64,000 bases of DNA, from the NCBI GenBank assembly GCA_050633305.1, contig JBOEGF010000006.1:106480-170479 (forward strand), read 5' to 3'. The notes below the pieces were generated by a model. It did not search any database. It worked only from the letters and a program-made list of their open reading frames with translations, and was not told where the DNA came from. The stretch is from Nannocystales bacterium (GTDB lineage Bacteria > Myxococcota_A > Polyangia > Nannocystales > Nannocystaceae). Positions within the stretch are counted from its first letter, which is position 1. Each line of letters begins with the position of its first letter. The position numbers and the translations under genes are program-made. Positions 19,567 through 30,106 of this stretch are shown in pieces.

Positions 19567-20709
19567 CTAGCCTTTCATCAGGCTGGCCGCGATGACCAGA
19601 CGCTGAATCTCGCTCGTTCCCTCGTAGATCTCGGTGATCTTTGCGTCACGGAAGGCACGTTCGACGGGGTACTCGGTGACGTACCCGTTGCCGCCGTGAA
19701 CCTGAATCGCGTCCTTGGCGACCTTGTTTGCCGTCTCGGACGCGTGGAGCTTGGCCATGGCCGACTCCTTGCTGTGGCGACGCCCCTGCATCTTGGCCAT
19801 CGCGGCGCGCAACGTCAGCAGACGCGAGGCCTCGATCTGCGTCTCCATGTCGGCCAGCATGAAGGCGACTGCCTGGTGTTCGATGATGCGTTTGCCGAAG
19901 GTCCGACGGTCGCAGGCGTAGGACGCCGCCGCTTCGAAGGCACCTTGCGCGATGCCCAGCGCCTGAGCAGCGATGCCGATCCGGCCGGCGTCGAGTGTTC
20001 CCATGGCGACCTTGAAGCCGTCGCCTTCCTTGCCCAACCGCTGGTTCTCGTGGACGCGGTGGCCCTCGAAAAAGATCTGGCAGGAGTGACTGCCCCGAAT
20101 CCCCAGCTTGTCGTCCTTGGGGCCGCGGGTGATGCCCTCGGCGTTCATGTCGATGACGAACGCTGAGATGCCGCGGTGCCCCAACGACTTGTCGTGCATG
20201 CAGATCAGGATCCCGGTATCGGCCTGCGGCCCGTTGGTGATCCAGTTCTTCACGCCCTCGATGACGTAGTGGTCCCCATCGCGAACGGCCACGGTCTGCT
20301 GCGCCGCGGCGTCGGAGCCCGCCTCGGGCTCGCTGAGCATGAAACACCCGAGCTTCTCGCCCGAGGCCAGCGGCGTGAGCCACTGGGTTTTCTGCTCCTC
20401 GTTGGCCCACTTCATCAGCGGCTCGCACACCAGCGAGTTGTTCACGGACATGATGACGCCCGTCGAAGCGCACGCAGCCGAGATGGTCTCCATCGCCAGC
20501 ACGTACGAGATGGTGTCGAGCTCGCTGCCGCCATAGTCGACGGGGACCTCGATCCCCATCAGCCCAAGCTCGCCCATCTGCGCGACGAGTTCCTTGGGGA
20601 ACCGGGCGTTCTTGTCGAGTTCGTGCGCGACCGGCTTGATCTCGCGCTCGGCAAACTCGCGACACGTCGTCACGAGCGCTTCTTGTTCTTCGGTCAGGGA
20701 AAGATCCAT
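19567..20709 (-). CDS. Acyl-CoA (butyryl-CoA-like) dehydrogenase
   Basis: Start ATG 20709 (MDLSLTEEQ). All canonical motifs present: FMLSEPEAGSD, GVKNWITNG, RRTFGKRI, QVHGGNGY, IYEGTSEIQR. Confidence 0.94.
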   Translation of the reverse strand: MDLSLTEEQEALVTTCREFAEREIKPVAHELDKNARFPKELVAQMGELGLMGIEVPVDYGGSELDTISYVLAMETISAACASTGVIMSVNNSLVCEPLMKWANEEQKTQWLTPLASGEKLGCFMLSEPEAGSDAAAQQTVAVRDGDHYVIEGVKNWITNGPQADTGILICMHDKSLGHRGISAFVIDMNAEGITRGPKDDKLGIRGSHSCQIFFEGHRVHENQRLGKEGDGFKVAMGTLDAGRIGIAAQALGIAQGAFEAAASYACDRRTFGKRIIEHQAVAFMLADMETQIEASRLLTLRAAMAKMQGRRHSKESAMAKLHASETANKVAKDAIQVHGGNGYVTEYPVERAFRDAKITEIYEGTSEIQRLVIAASLMKG

Positions 20710-20729
20710 CAGAGGTTCGTTTCGTCCGT

Positions 20730-21515
20730 TTACTCGCCCTTGAAGTCGGCCGCCCGCTTCGCCATGAACGCGGCCATGCCCTCTTTTTGGTCGGCGCTCG
20801 CGAACAGGCTCGCGAATGCGGTCTGCTCTTGGAGGTTCGCGTCGTCGAGCGACTTGTTGGCGCCCTCGTGAATCACTTCCTTCACCTTCGCGATGGCCAG
20901 CGGACCCATGCTCGCGATGGTCGTCGCCGTCTTGACCGCCGTGTCGAGTAGCTGCTCGTTTTCGACGACCTTGTTGACCAACCCGATGCGCAGGGCCTCC
21001 GCCGCGTCGATCATCTCGCCGGTCATGCACAGCTCGAGCGCACGGGCGATGCCCACCCGGCGAAGCATTCGCTGGGTTCCGCCGAAGCCAGGAATGACGC
21101 CCAGCTTGACCTCCGGCTGACCGAAGCGAGCCGTGGTCGAGGCGTAGATGAAGTCGCAGGCCAGCGCCAGCTCGCAACCACCACCGAGCGCAAAGCCGTT
21201 GACGGCCGCGATGACCGGAATCCCGATCGCGTTGAGTTCTTCGCCCAGCGCATGTCCTTGTCCCGCAAACGCGAGCGCCTCGCCGGGGTTCATGTCGGAC
21301 ATCGACTTGATGTCCGCGCCCGCGACAAAGGCTTTCTCACCGCCGCCGGTGAGCACCAGCGCGCGCACGGAGTCGGAGATGGCGGTCTCTTCGACCACCT
21401 CGGTGAGTTCGGCGACGACCTGCGCGTTGAGGGCGTTGAGGGCCTTGGGACGATTGATCGTGATGACCCGGACGGGCCCGCGATCCTCGACGAGAAGGGT
21501 TTCGTAGGTGCTCAT
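20730..21515 (-). CDS. crt: Enoyl-CoA hydratase (crotonase)
   Basis: INRPKALNAL, AFVAGADI, GFALGGGCELALACD, QPEVKLG..PGFGGTQR. Confidence 0.93.
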   Translation of the reverse strand: MSTYETLLVEDRGPVRVITINRPKALNALNAQVVAELTEVVEETAISDSVRALVLTGGGEKAFVAGADIKSMSDMNPGEALAFAGQGHALGEELNAIGIPVIAAVNGFALGGGCELALACDFIYASTTARFGQPEVKLGVIPGFGGTQRMLRRVGIARALELCMTGEMIDAAEALRIGLVNKVVENEQLLDTAVKTATTIASMGPLAIAKVKEVIHEGANKSLDDANLQEQTAFASLFASADQKEGMAAFMAKRAADFKGE

Positions 21516-21522
21516 CGTGGGC

Positions 21523-22389
21523 TTACTTCTTGCTGTAATCGTAGAAGCCGCGGCCGGTCTTGCGGCCATGCCATCCGGCAGCGACGTGCATGCGAAGCAC
21601 GTTGGCGGCCCGGTACTTGTCGTCACCGAGTTCTTTGTGCAGCACGTCGGCGATCGCGAGGCACGTATCGAGGCCGATGAGATCGGCCAGCGCGAGCGGG
21701 CCCATCGGGTGGTTGAGTCCCAGCTTGATGCCCGTGTCGATGTCCTCGGCCGTGCCCAGGTTCTCTTGGAGCGCGAAACAAGCCTCGTTGATCAACGGGA
21801 TGAGGATTCGGTTGACGATGAACCCTGGGCTGTCGAGCGAGGTGACGACCGTCTTCCCTAGCGCTTCGGCCAAGTCCTTGGTTGCCTCGTAGGTCGCGTC
21901 CGAGGTCGGCAGACCGCGAATCAGCTCCACGAGCTTCATGACCGGCACGGGGTTCATGAAGTGCATGCCCACGACCTTCTCAGGGCGAGACGTCTCGGCG
22001 CCGAGCAACGTGATGCTGATCGAGCTGGTGTTCGAGGCGATGATCGCCTCGGGTCCGCAGGCCTCATCGAGACCCCTCATCAGCTTCTTCTTCAGCTCGA
22101 TGTTCTCGGTGGCCGCTTCGATTGCGATCTCCACCTCGCCAAAATCCGCGACGGAGTCCACGGGCTCGATCCGGTCCAGGACCGCATCTCGCTCTTCGGC
22201 AGTCATCCGCCCCTTCTCGACCGAACGACCCAGGACCTTGGCGATCTTCGCCTTGCCGGCTTCGGCATGGGCCTTGTCCATGTCGGCGAGCAGAACCTTG
22301 CGTCCGCTCTGGGCGACGACTTGGGCGATGCCACCGCCCATCTGGCCGGACCCGAGCACGCCTACGAGTTTGATCTTGCGCTCGGCCAT
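21523..22389 (-). CDS. hbd: 3-hydroxybutyryl-CoA dehydrogenase
   Basis: [32 protein letters not shown]. Confidence 0.94.
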   Translation of the reverse strand: MAERKIKLVGVLGSGQMGGGIAQVVAQSGRKVLLADMDKAHAEAGKAKIAKVLGRSVEKGRMTAEERDAVLDRIEPVDSVADFGEVEIAIEAATENIELKKKLMRGLDEACGPEAIIASNTSSISITLLGAETSRPEKVVGMHFMNPVPVMKLVELIRGLPTSDATYEATKDLAEALGKTVVTSLDSPGFIVNRILIPLINEACFALQENLGTAEDIDTGIKLGLNHPMGPLALADLIGLDTCLAIADVLHKELGDDKYRAANVLRMHVAAGWHGRKTGRGFYDYSKK

Positions 22390-23570
22390 CAGAGCATCTC
22401 CACCATCATCGCGAGGCCTTCACCGCCGCCGAGGCAGATCGCAGCCATGCCGCGTTTCTTGCCGGTGCCCTGAAGGGCGTACAGCAGGGTGGTGAGAATG
22501 CGAGCACCCGAGCAACCGATCGGGTGACCGAGCGCCACCGCGCCACCGCGGACGTTGATGCGGTCGTCGGCGATGCCGATCTCATCCTGGTTGGCCAGCG
22601 AGACCACGGCAAAGGCTTCGTTGATCTCCCAGAGGTCGACGTCGTCCGCCTTCAGCCCGGTCTTGTCGAGGACCTTGGCGACGGCCTTGGCCGGCGCGGT
22701 CGTGAACCACTCGGGTGCCTGGGCAGCGTTGTCGTAGGCGACGATCTTGGCCAGCGGCTTGAGTCCGCGCTTGTCGGCCTCGTCCTTGCTCATCACCACG
22801 AGCGCGGCACCGCCGTCGTTGACGGCCGGAGCGTTGGCGGCGGTGATCGTGCCGTCCTTCTTGAACGCGGAGCGCAGCTTGGGGATCTTGTCGAGCTTGG
22901 CGCGGCCCGGCTCTTCGTCCGTGTCGACCACGACCGGATCACCTTTGCGCTGCGGGACTTCAACCGAGACGATCTCCCCCTTGAAGTGGCCCTCGTCGAT
23001 CGATTGCTGCGCACGCTTGTAGCTGGTGATCGCCCACGCGTCTTGACGCTCTCGGTCGATCTTCCGCTCCGTCGCGCAGAGCTCGCCCGAGATCCCCATG
23101 TGGTGGTCGCCGTAGGGGTCCCACAGGCCGTCGTGGATCATCCCATCGACGACCTCGCCGTTGCCCATCCGGTATCCGGTCCGGGCCTTGGGCAGGTAGT
23201 ACGGCGCGTTGGACATCGACTCCATCCCACCGGCCACGGCAACCTCAGCGTCGCCAGCCTTGATGGATTGTGCCGCCTGAATCACCGCCATCAGTCCACT
23301 GCCGCAGACCTTGTTGAGCGTGACGCAGCCGACGGAGTCGGGCACGCCGGCACCCAGCGAAGCCTGACGTGCGGGCGCTTGGCCGACACCCGCGGGCAAG
23401 ACGCACCCCATGTACACCTGGTCGACATCGGCCCCTTCGACCGACGCCCGGGACAGGGCCTCCTTGATGGCGGTGGCACCGAGCTTGGGTGCGGGAACAG
23501 AGGCGAACACTCCACCGAAGCTCCCAATGGGGGTTCGGGCGGCGCTGACGATCACGACTTCACGAGACAT
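22389..23570 (-). CDS. Acetyl-CoA C-acetyltransferase (thiolase)
   Basis: [32 protein letters not shown]; start ATG 23570. Confidence 0.95.
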   Translation of the reverse strand: MSREVVIVSAARTPIGSFGGVFASVPAPKLGATAIKEALSRASVEGADVDQVYMGCVLPAGVGQAPARQASLGAGVPDSVGCVTLNKVCGSGLMAVIQAAQSIKAGDAEVAVAGGMESMSNAPYYLPKARTGYRMGNGEVVDGMIHDGLWDPYGDHHMGISGELCATERKIDRERQDAWAITSYKRAQQSIDEGHFKGEIVSVEVPQRKGDPVVVDTDEEPGRAKLDKIPKLRSAFKKDGTITAANAPAVNDGGAALVVMSKDEADKRGLKPLAKIVAYDNAAQAPEWFTTAPAKAVAKVLDKTGLKADDVDLWEINEAFAVVSLANQDEIGIADDRINVRGGAVALGHPIGCSGARILTTLLYALQGTGKKRGMAAICLGGGEGLAMMVEML

Positions 23571-24185
23571 CGAAACAGACCTTGTTTGAGAGGCCACGGG
23601 CACCGTCGTGGTGCCTCGCAGCGGGGACGTTCAAAAGCGGCAGAGCGCGCCGCGAGAGGGCGGCGCAGGGGTCTCCGACACCAGGTGACGCCCTAACATG
23701 GCGCCCCGTCCGGCTCCAGGAGTTGTCGCACTTCGAGCGCTCAGAAGCGACCAGAGACCGCCAGACCGACCTGCGAAGCCGCCGTGGTCGGCGCAACCGA
23801 CCACCGACGAGCCCCTCGACGGTACCCGATGGCGAACGTCGCAGGTTGAGGCCTGCCCCTGCCACCACGAAGCCAACCGTGTGGGCAGCGAACGACGTCG
23901 CGACGGCACACCCAGTCGAGAAACAGGCCCGTGGCACGAACTCGGCCGCCACCATCACCGCCGCGCCCACCCCGAAGAGGTCCACCCCAGCGCCGGCCTC
24001 AACCGGACGCGGCGCGCCTGCCAGCCCCACAGCTGACCGAGCTGCTCACTGCCGTGTCCCACCACCGCGATCCCGGCGATCTCGAATGCCCCACCGAGCG
24101 CGAGCAATCCCCGCCCGTCCAATTCCTGACTTGACGAGCCGGCCGGGGAATCGCATAACTCGCGTCCGCAATCGCGGTACCCAAC

Positions 24186-24259
<74 letters not shown>

Positions 24260-24261
24260 CC

Positions 24262-24292
24262 GAAAGAGCGCATTTCCTAGTGCGCTCTTTTT
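24262..24292 (+). terminator. Intrinsic terminator after the tRNA
   Basis: aaagagcgca-tttcctag-tgcgctcttt followed by a T tract. Confidence 0.85.
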
Positions 24293-24445
24293 CTTTGGTT
24301 CGCCCCACACGTTCGCGCCGACCGCGGACCGGTCGAGACGCGCACCGCAGCAGTGGCGCCCGCCCCCTGTCCTCATCAAGGCGCGCGGCCCCGCAGCCTA
24401 CGGCCCGCCGCCGTGGCTCCGGAAGGCACTCGGGGCAGGGGCCGG

Positions 24446-24868
24446 TCAGGTGGGCGCCGAGAGGCACTCGGGGCAGGTGCCGCGCAGCTGCAGTGTCGCG
24501 CCGCGAACGGAACTCGACCACGGTCCATCGATCTGGATGGACGTGGTGAGCTCGCGCGGCAGGCAGGCGAGCCGGCCGCAGTCTTCGCAGACGAAGTGCG
24601 CGTGCGCGTGCGCTTCTTCGGACGCCAGAGCATAGCAATCCGTGCCCTCGACCCGACTGACGATCCGCGCGAGCCCCGACTCCCGCAGCTTGACGAGGTT
24701 GCGATAGACGGTCGTGCGTTCCCAATCCGTCTCGCCGAGGCGCTCGAAGACCTGACGACAGGACAGCGGGTCCTCTGCGCCGGACAGAATGCGCATCACG
24801 GCGAGGCGGGGCCCGGTCGCCCGGAGTCCGCGCGTTCGCAGGCGCTCGCGCGCTTCGCCTCGTGTCAT
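24446..24868 (-). CDS. Fur-family (Zur-like) transcriptional regulator
   Basis: GLRATGPRLAV, TTVYRNL, HAHAHFVCEDCG, CPEC; start re-picked at ATG 24868. Confidence 0.92.
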   Translation of the reverse strand: MTRGEARERLRTRGLRATGPRLAVMRILSGAEDPLSCRQVFERLGETDWERTTVYRNLVKLRESGLARIVSRVEGTDCYALASEEAHAHAHFVCEDCGRLACLPRELTTSIQIDGPWSSSVRGATLQLRGTCPECLSAPT

Positions 24869-24929
24869 TTCTTGGGGCACGACAGCACCCTCGGACTGCG
24901 GTCGCGTGGCGTGGGTTCTTCGCATCCTG

Positions 24930-25631
24930 TCATCCTGCGCACGGGCACGCCGCGCACTCGCGAACACTCGAGACACCGCAGTGTTCCTGCAAACGCGTCG
25001 CGAGCACCCGCCGAGCGCGGTGAAGCCGAACGGTGGCGTTGTTGGTCGAGATGCCGAGCGCTTTCGCGGCTTCGGCCACGGAAGCGTCGCCGAGGTCGAC
25101 GAGTTGGAGAATCGAGGCGTAGCTGTCCTTGATGCCCTCGGCGAGCACCAAGCTACAGCCGCAGCCCGGATCGTCAGCGAGGGGCTGCTCCTCGACTCGT
25201 TGAAGGTGTGAAGCGACCTTCAGCGCCCGACGCTCGCTCCCCTGCCTGCGGATGGCATCGGCGATCGCGTTTCGGTGAACACGGAACAACCACGCATCCA
25301 AGCGACCCGGGTCGCGTAGGGTCTCGGCGCGCTCGAGCGCACGAACGGCTGCGGTCTGGAGGACGTCGTCAACCAGACTGCCATCAACCCTGCGAGCGAC
25401 AAACGCCGCAAGGCTTCTGTGCAGCCGCCGCAGGCCGCTGGAGACGAGTTCAACGCTCGCCCGAGCTGTCGAGTCCGCTCTCAAGGGGTCAGCGTTGCTT
25501 GGGTGGACAGCCGCAGGTTGGACCACATTCGCACGACCCGGCGCAGGTGCAGCGCGGCCCGCAACAGCAGTTGGGCTGCTCGGGTTCTCGACGCTCGCAG
25601 GAGCAACGGTTGGTACAGCGGTCACAAGCAC
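24930..25631 (-). CDS. ECF sigma factor with CxC linker and Cys-rich C-terminus (CorE-like)
   Basis: sigma2 (DDVLQ...AWLFRVHRNAIAD), CGC linker, sigma4 (GISTNNATVRLHRAR), tail HCGVSSVRECAACPC. True start is probably downstream of 25631. Confidence 0.85.
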   Translation of the reverse strand: MLVTAVPTVAPASVENPSSPTAVAGRAAPAPGRANVVQPAAVHPSNADPLRADSTARASVELVSSGLRRLHRSLAAFVARRVDGSLVDDVLQTAAVRALERAETLRDPGRLDAWLFRVHRNAIADAIRRQGSERRALKVASHLQRVEEQPLADDPGCGCSLVLAEGIKDSYASILQLVDLGDASVAEAAKALGISTNNATVRLHRARRVLATRLQEHCGVSSVRECAACPCAG

Positions 25632-25792
25632 AGATTTGGTTCGGTTTCATGGGGCTCCTGGCGGTGGCGAACTTGGGTTCTCAGCTCGCTCGTTCAGGCT
25701 GACGCTCGACCCGTCGCGATTCTTACAGTTCGGGTTCCCTGCCGGCGCCCCGGTGTTGCAAAACGTCGGCATATGACTATAACTTGCAGCAC

Positions 25793-26233
25793 GTGACCGC
25801 GCCATCGGCCCCTCGGGTCCCCCCCCAGCTCGACCGCCTCGGGCTTGTGGCGAGCACCGCATGTGCGCTCCATTGCGCGGCGACAGCTCTGGTCCCGACC
25901 GTCCTTGCCCTGCTCGGCGCCTCCGCCCTGCTCGACCATGAAGCGGAGTGGGTCTTCACGGTCCTGGCGGTCGGTGTCGCCAGCCTTGCGCTCGCCCTCG
26001 GGTGGCGCAGGCATGGCGCCAGCATGGCGACACTGGCACTGAGCCTGGGCATTGTCGGGCTGCTGTGCGCACGGGTGCTCGAGGAGGGTGGGCACGGGCA
26101 TGGCCTTGGGCTCGCCGTCAGCCTCTTGTCGGGCGGTGCACTCGTCACGGGGCACATCCTCAACCTCCGGCGAACCCCCGCGGCGGCGCCCGAACCCGAG
26201 TCGGCACCTGAGCCGTGCTGCGTGCCCGAGTGA
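25793..26233 (+). CDS. MerC-domain membrane protein
   Basis: LDRLGLVASTACALHC, GWRRH, GHILN; four TM segments; HGHG loop and C-terminal CC. Confidence 0.85.
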   Translation: MTAPSAPRVPPQLDRLGLVASTACALHCAATALVPTVLALLGASALLDHEAEWVFTVLAVGVASLALALGWRRHGASMATLALSLGIVGLLCARVLEEGGHGHGLGLAVSLLSGGALVTGHILNLRRTPAAAPEPESAPEPCCVPE

Positions 26234-26361
26234 AAGCTCCGTCGGGTACGTGAGACGCCCGACGCGCGCTCGGTGGTCGCCCTAGGCAGGCCGCCGTCGA
26301 CCTCCGCACGAGACGCGCGTCTGCCGCCTAGGGCAGGCCGGTGCGCGTCGATACGCAGATG

Positions 26362-26403
26362 ATATGCAACACAAATCGAGTTGCATATGCCACCTGCTTG
26401 CAT
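26362..26403. promoter_or_regulatory. Putative Zur/Fur-family operator
   Basis: Perfect inverted repeat ATATGCAAC-N9-GTTGCATAT (26362-26388) overlapping ATGCCAC-N3-CTTGCAT (26387-26403), in an AT-rich patch just before the His-rich lipoprotein. Confidence 0.6.
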
Positions 26404-26417
26404 TAGAGACGTCGATC

Positions 26418-27125
26418 ATGAACTGGAAAACGCTTCTGGCCACTTGCCTGATCGCTACGCTCCCGCTCGGCTGTGACTCGGATGGCGACGACGACCACGA
26501 CGCAGACACGGAGCACCACCACGACACCGAGGGTGACAGTGACGAAAGCGAAGGCCACGACACCGAGCACGATCACGGTGAGACGGAGCTGATCACCACG
26601 GTCACGCTCACCTTCACGTCGGACACCGCAGACACGGTCACCGCAGCCTTCAGCGATCCCGACGGCGACGGCGGGATGTCTGGCTCGTCCGACCCCGTTG
26701 TGCTCGCCCCGGACACGACCTACGCCCTGTCGGTCGAGTTCACGAACGAGCTCGAGCAACCCGCCGAGGACATCACCGAAGAGGTCCGGGAGGAGGCCGA
26801 GGAGCACCAGGTCTTCATCTACGGCAGCTCGGTCACCGGACCCGCGTCGATGGGAGACGGCCTCCTGACGCATGCCTACACGGACTTGGAGTCCGACTAC
26901 ACCGAGAACACGGTCGGCGACGACCTTCCGGTTGGACTGGTCAGCTCGATCACGACCGGCGCCGCCAGCACAGAGACCGGTGAACTCGAGGTCATGCTCC
27001 GACACCTTCCCGACGTCAACGGAAACCCGGTCAAGACCAGTGACCTCAGTGCAGTCCTCGCGGCTGGCGACGCTCTTCCCGGCGATGTCGACGCGAATGT
27101 GCACTTCGACGTCACTGTGCAATGA
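26418..27125 (+). CDS. His/Asp-rich putative metal-binding lipoprotein
   Basis: Lipobox PLGC; DHDADTEHHHD...HDTEHDHG tract; ELITTVTLTF, DPDGDGG, EEHQVF and LRH motifs. Confidence 0.8.
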   Translation: MNWKTLLATCLIATLPLGCDSDGDDDHDADTEHHHDTEGDSDESEGHDTEHDHGETELITTVTLTFTSDTADTVTAAFSDPDGDGGMSGSSDPVVLAPDTTYALSVEFTNELEQPAEDITEEVREEAEEHQVFIYGSSVTGPASMGDGLLTHAYTDLESDYTENTVGDDLPVGLVSSITTGAASTETGELEVMLRHLPDVNGNPVKTSDLSAVLAAGDALPGDVDANVHFDVTVQ

Positions 27126-27207
27126 TCCATCACGGCCGCTGCGCCGTAGAAACGGCGCGTTGACCGGCGAGGTAGACCGACCCCGAACTGAACCCACCGA
27201 GGCCTAC

Positions 27208-28803
27208 GTGCCGCAGGTGGGTTCGTCCGTGGTTGCGCCGACGCAGGTTTTCCAAGCGACGAGTTCCCCCTCCGGGGCTCCGCCGGCCCTTCCCTCCACA
27301 CCGCACACGCAGGTCGGGGGGCCCCAAGCGGCGGCCCTCGTCCCGGATTCGGCCCCGCTTCTCGACGACCGCGAGCACTACCTCGCCCGTGTCGATCACC
27401 GAGCGACGGTCGGGCGTATGCGAACGCTGGTCCCCGCCGCGGCGCTGGGATGGATCGCGTTCTTCTCGCTCGACCTCGTGGTCGCGCTGTGGGTCTTCCC
27501 CACGGACATCCTGCCGTTCGTCCTTCTTCGACTGGCAGGACTCGTCGTCCTGTTGCTCGCGGGCTTCATCCTCCGGCGAACCGCGGCGCCCTCCGGGGCG
27601 CTGGTGACCGCGCTGGACACGTCGATGATGGTGGCGACCGCGGGGTGCTTGAGTCTGATGGGGCTGTTCGCCGGCGGTGTCGCCAGCCCCTACCACGCGT
27701 TCGTGGTGTTGGTGTTGCTCGGTCGCGCGGCCGTGCTCCCGCATCGATGGCAGGAGGGGATGTGGCGACTCGCAATTCCAGCGCTCGTCGACCCCGTGGT
27801 TCTGGGCATTGCGAGTCTCGCGGTGCCTTCGATCGGGGCGCAATGGCTCGACCCCGCCGCCCGCGGGACCTACGTCTTCTACGCGGCGCTCCTCGTCGGC
27901 GCGTGGACGCTGGTCGTCGTCGGAAGTCACCACGCGTGGGCGTTGCGTCGCCAGGTGTTTGCGTCGCGAAACCTCGGACGGTTCAAACTTCGCCACCGCA
28001 TTGGCCAAGGCGGGATGGGCGAGGTTTGGGTGGCACGAGACGAGCAACTGCGGCGAGACGTTGCGCTCAAGGTGCTCCGGCCGAGCGAACACGAAGATGA
28101 AGAGGCGGTGGCCCGCTTCGAGCGCGAGATTCGAGCCACCGCGGCATTGCGTCATCCCAACACGATCCGGATCTTCAGCCACGGCGTGAGTGAAGACGGG
28201 CTCCGGTACTACGCGATGGAGCTGCTGGAGGGCGAGACGCTCCAAGGCCTTGTGCAGCGTGTCGGGCCGCTTCCCCCCGAGCGAGCCGTCTTCTTGCTTC
28301 ACCAGGCGTCGCGCGCTCTGTCCGAGGCGCACGCCCGCGGCATCGTCCACCGAGACGTCAAGCCCGAGAACCTTTTCGTCACCGCATTGGGTGGCGAACC
28401 CGATGTCGTCAAGGTTCTCGACTTCGGCATCGTGCGGATGTCCGAAGACGACGTCGGCCTGACCTCGACCGGCTTCGTCGCGGGCACGCCCGCGTACATG
28501 GCCCCCGAGGTCGCGACCGGCGAGCCCGCAACCCCGGCCGCCGACGTCTACGCGCTGGGTGCGACGCTGTACTTCGCGCTGACCGGTGGCCCCCCGTTCG
28601 ATGGCGCCGACGCGGCCAGTGTGCTGCACCAACACGTGAACACGCCGACCCCGCGCTTGGCGTCACGCATGCACACCCCGATCGCCCCGGCCCTCGAGCG
28701 GGTGTGCATGTGCGCGCTCACCAAAGACCCGCAGAAGCGGTTCGAGGGGGCGGCAGACTTTGCCGCGGCGCTCGAACGAGCCGTCCGCCCAGGGCCCGCG
28801 TGA
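27208..28803 (+). CDS. Membrane-bound Ser/Thr protein kinase
   Basis: About five TM helices followed by [30 protein letters not shown]; start uncertain. Confidence 0.93.
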   Translation: MPQVGSSVVAPTQVFQATSSPSGAPPALPSTPHTQVGGPQAAALVPDSAPLLDDREHYLARVDHRATVGRMRTLVPAAALGWIAFFSLDLVVALWVFPTDILPFVLLRLAGLVVLLLAGFILRRTAAPSGALVTALDTSMMVATAGCLSLMGLFAGGVASPYHAFVVLVLLGRAAVLPHRWQEGMWRLAIPALVDPVVLGIASLAVPSIGAQWLDPAARGTYVFYAALLVGAWTLVVVGSHHAWALRRQVFASRNLGRFKLRHRIGQGGMGEVWVARDEQLRRDVALKVLRPSEHEDEEAVARFEREIRATAALRHPNTIRIFSHGVSEDGLRYYAMELLEGETLQGLVQRVGPLPPERAVFLLHQASRALSEAHARGIVHRDVKPENLFVTALGGEPDVVKVLDFGIVRMSEDDVGLTSTGFVAGTPAYMAPEVATGEPATPAADVYALGATLYFALTGGPPFDGADAASVLHQHVNTPTPRLASRMHTPIAPALERVCMCALTKDPQKRFEGAADFAAALERAVRPGPA

Positions 28804-28848
28804 GCCCGCGTCGTGGCTGGCGCAGGATGAGGGTGTAGTCTCCGCGGC

Positions 28849-29961
28849 GTGAGAGCCTCCCTCGCGCTCCTGCTGCCCTGCGTCCTCTTGTTGCCTGGTT
28901 GTAGCGACAGCCGGCGAAACGTGAAGCGGGCGCCCGGACATCCAGACGTGTTCGCCACGAAGTTGTTCGAGGAAACCCAGATGCTCGCCGCCGAGCAGCT
29001 CGACCCCGCCTCGGCGTGCGAGCGCTGGCAAGGCGCCGCGTGGTGCCAGGCCCTCATCAGCGGCTGGAGCTTCGTCCCCGAGACGCTGGAGGTCTGCGGC
29101 GCGGAGGCAGACGAAGCGGCGGTGACCGATTGCCTCTCCCGCACCGCGAACCGCGAGTTCTCCCCACTGGGGCTGGAAACCTGCGCGGGCCTGCAGACGC
29201 CCAAGCACCGCTACACCTGCCTCAACGCGGTCGCGGATCGCCACTTGGAGACACCGCAGTACCTGTACTGCGCACAAAAGCCATCGAAGAAGGTGGCGGG
29301 CTGTCTCGCCGACGCTCACGAATACAAATTCCACCCCGACGAACTCCAGCGCATCGTCCAGCGCACGACCGAGGACACGCCAACAACCGACCCTCGCACG
29401 CTCATCGGCAACCTCGAGAACAACGTGGCCGACGCCTACGCGCTCGACCGGAGCGAGTGGCCCGAGCATTACATCTTCAACTTCGCTGGCGGAGCCACCA
29501 CCCACATCCGGGCGATGTACTGCGCGCTGGATGAGTATCTGCTGATCGTCGGCGCGCCGATCAACGTCAATGGGTACTCCGGCCGCTATCCCGCCGAAGT
29601 CCACGATTTCGTGTTCACCGGCCTCATGCATGACTTCGAAGAACACGACTTCGAACAACACGACTTCACCGCCGGTGCGTGGGCCTATCTCCCCCACGGC
29701 GGACACCGGGTCTACGCCACAGAAACCCCGACCTACATGCTGGAGTACGCGCGCGGCTCGGTCCCCGGCATGCTCAACTTCGGGATCCGGCATCCGCGCT
29801 ACTCGATCACCCGCGACCGCAAGAACATGAAGCAGCAGGTCCGGATGTGCGCAAGCCGTGCCTTGGCTGCGAACAGGGCCAACCGGAAGCAACGCCGCTC
29901 GCTGCGACAAACGAAGCGGAAGACGATCCGAGAGATCCGCCGGGCCCTTCGCGGTCTGTAG
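28849..29961 (+). CDS. Lipoprotein: Cys-rich N-domain plus ERG2/sigma-1 receptor-like domain
   Basis: Lipobox LPGC; YKFHPDEL, IFNFAGG, DEYLLIVG, GYSGRYPAEVHD and YMLEYARGSVP match ERG2/sigma-1 motifs in order. Confidence 0.8.
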   Translation: MRASLALLLPCVLLLPGCSDSRRNVKRAPGHPDVFATKLFEETQMLAAEQLDPASACERWQGAAWCQALISGWSFVPETLEVCGAEADEAAVTDCLSRTANREFSPLGLETCAGLQTPKHRYTCLNAVADRHLETPQYLYCAQKPSKKVAGCLADAHEYKFHPDELQRIVQRTTEDTPTTDPRTLIGNLENNVADAYALDRSEWPEHYIFNFAGGATTHIRAMYCALDEYLLIVGAPINVNGYSGRYPAEVHDFVFTGLMHDFEEHDFEQHDFTAGAWAYLPHGGHRVYATETPTYMLEYARGSVPGMLNFGIRHPRYSITRDRKNMKQQVRMCASRALAANRANRKQRRSLRQTKRKTIREIRRALRGL

Positions 29962-30106
29962 TGTCGCGGTCGTCTCGACTCAGAAGATCCCCTGAGGGAA
30001 CCGGACCCCCCCACAGGCTCTGACCCCGGCTGAGCGGTCTCCCGGCGGGGGGAGAGCGGCGCCCCTCGCGAACGGGCGGCCCTGCGGGCATAGTGGAGCC
30101 CGTCCC

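Noticed and set aside
23600..24125. Possible gene between the thiolase and the tRNA
   Set aside because: Several short overlapping ORFs. The minus strand has hydrophobic patches in different frames (possible relic) but no recognisable family or clear start.
24930..24932. Selenocysteine or readthrough at the ECF sigma TGA
   Set aside because: No evident SECIS-like hairpin and the readthrough frame looks non-coding; the micro-duplication is a simpler explanation.
25793..26233. Mercury resistance operon
   Set aside because: No merA, merR, merT or merP; the context is Fur/Zur-like.
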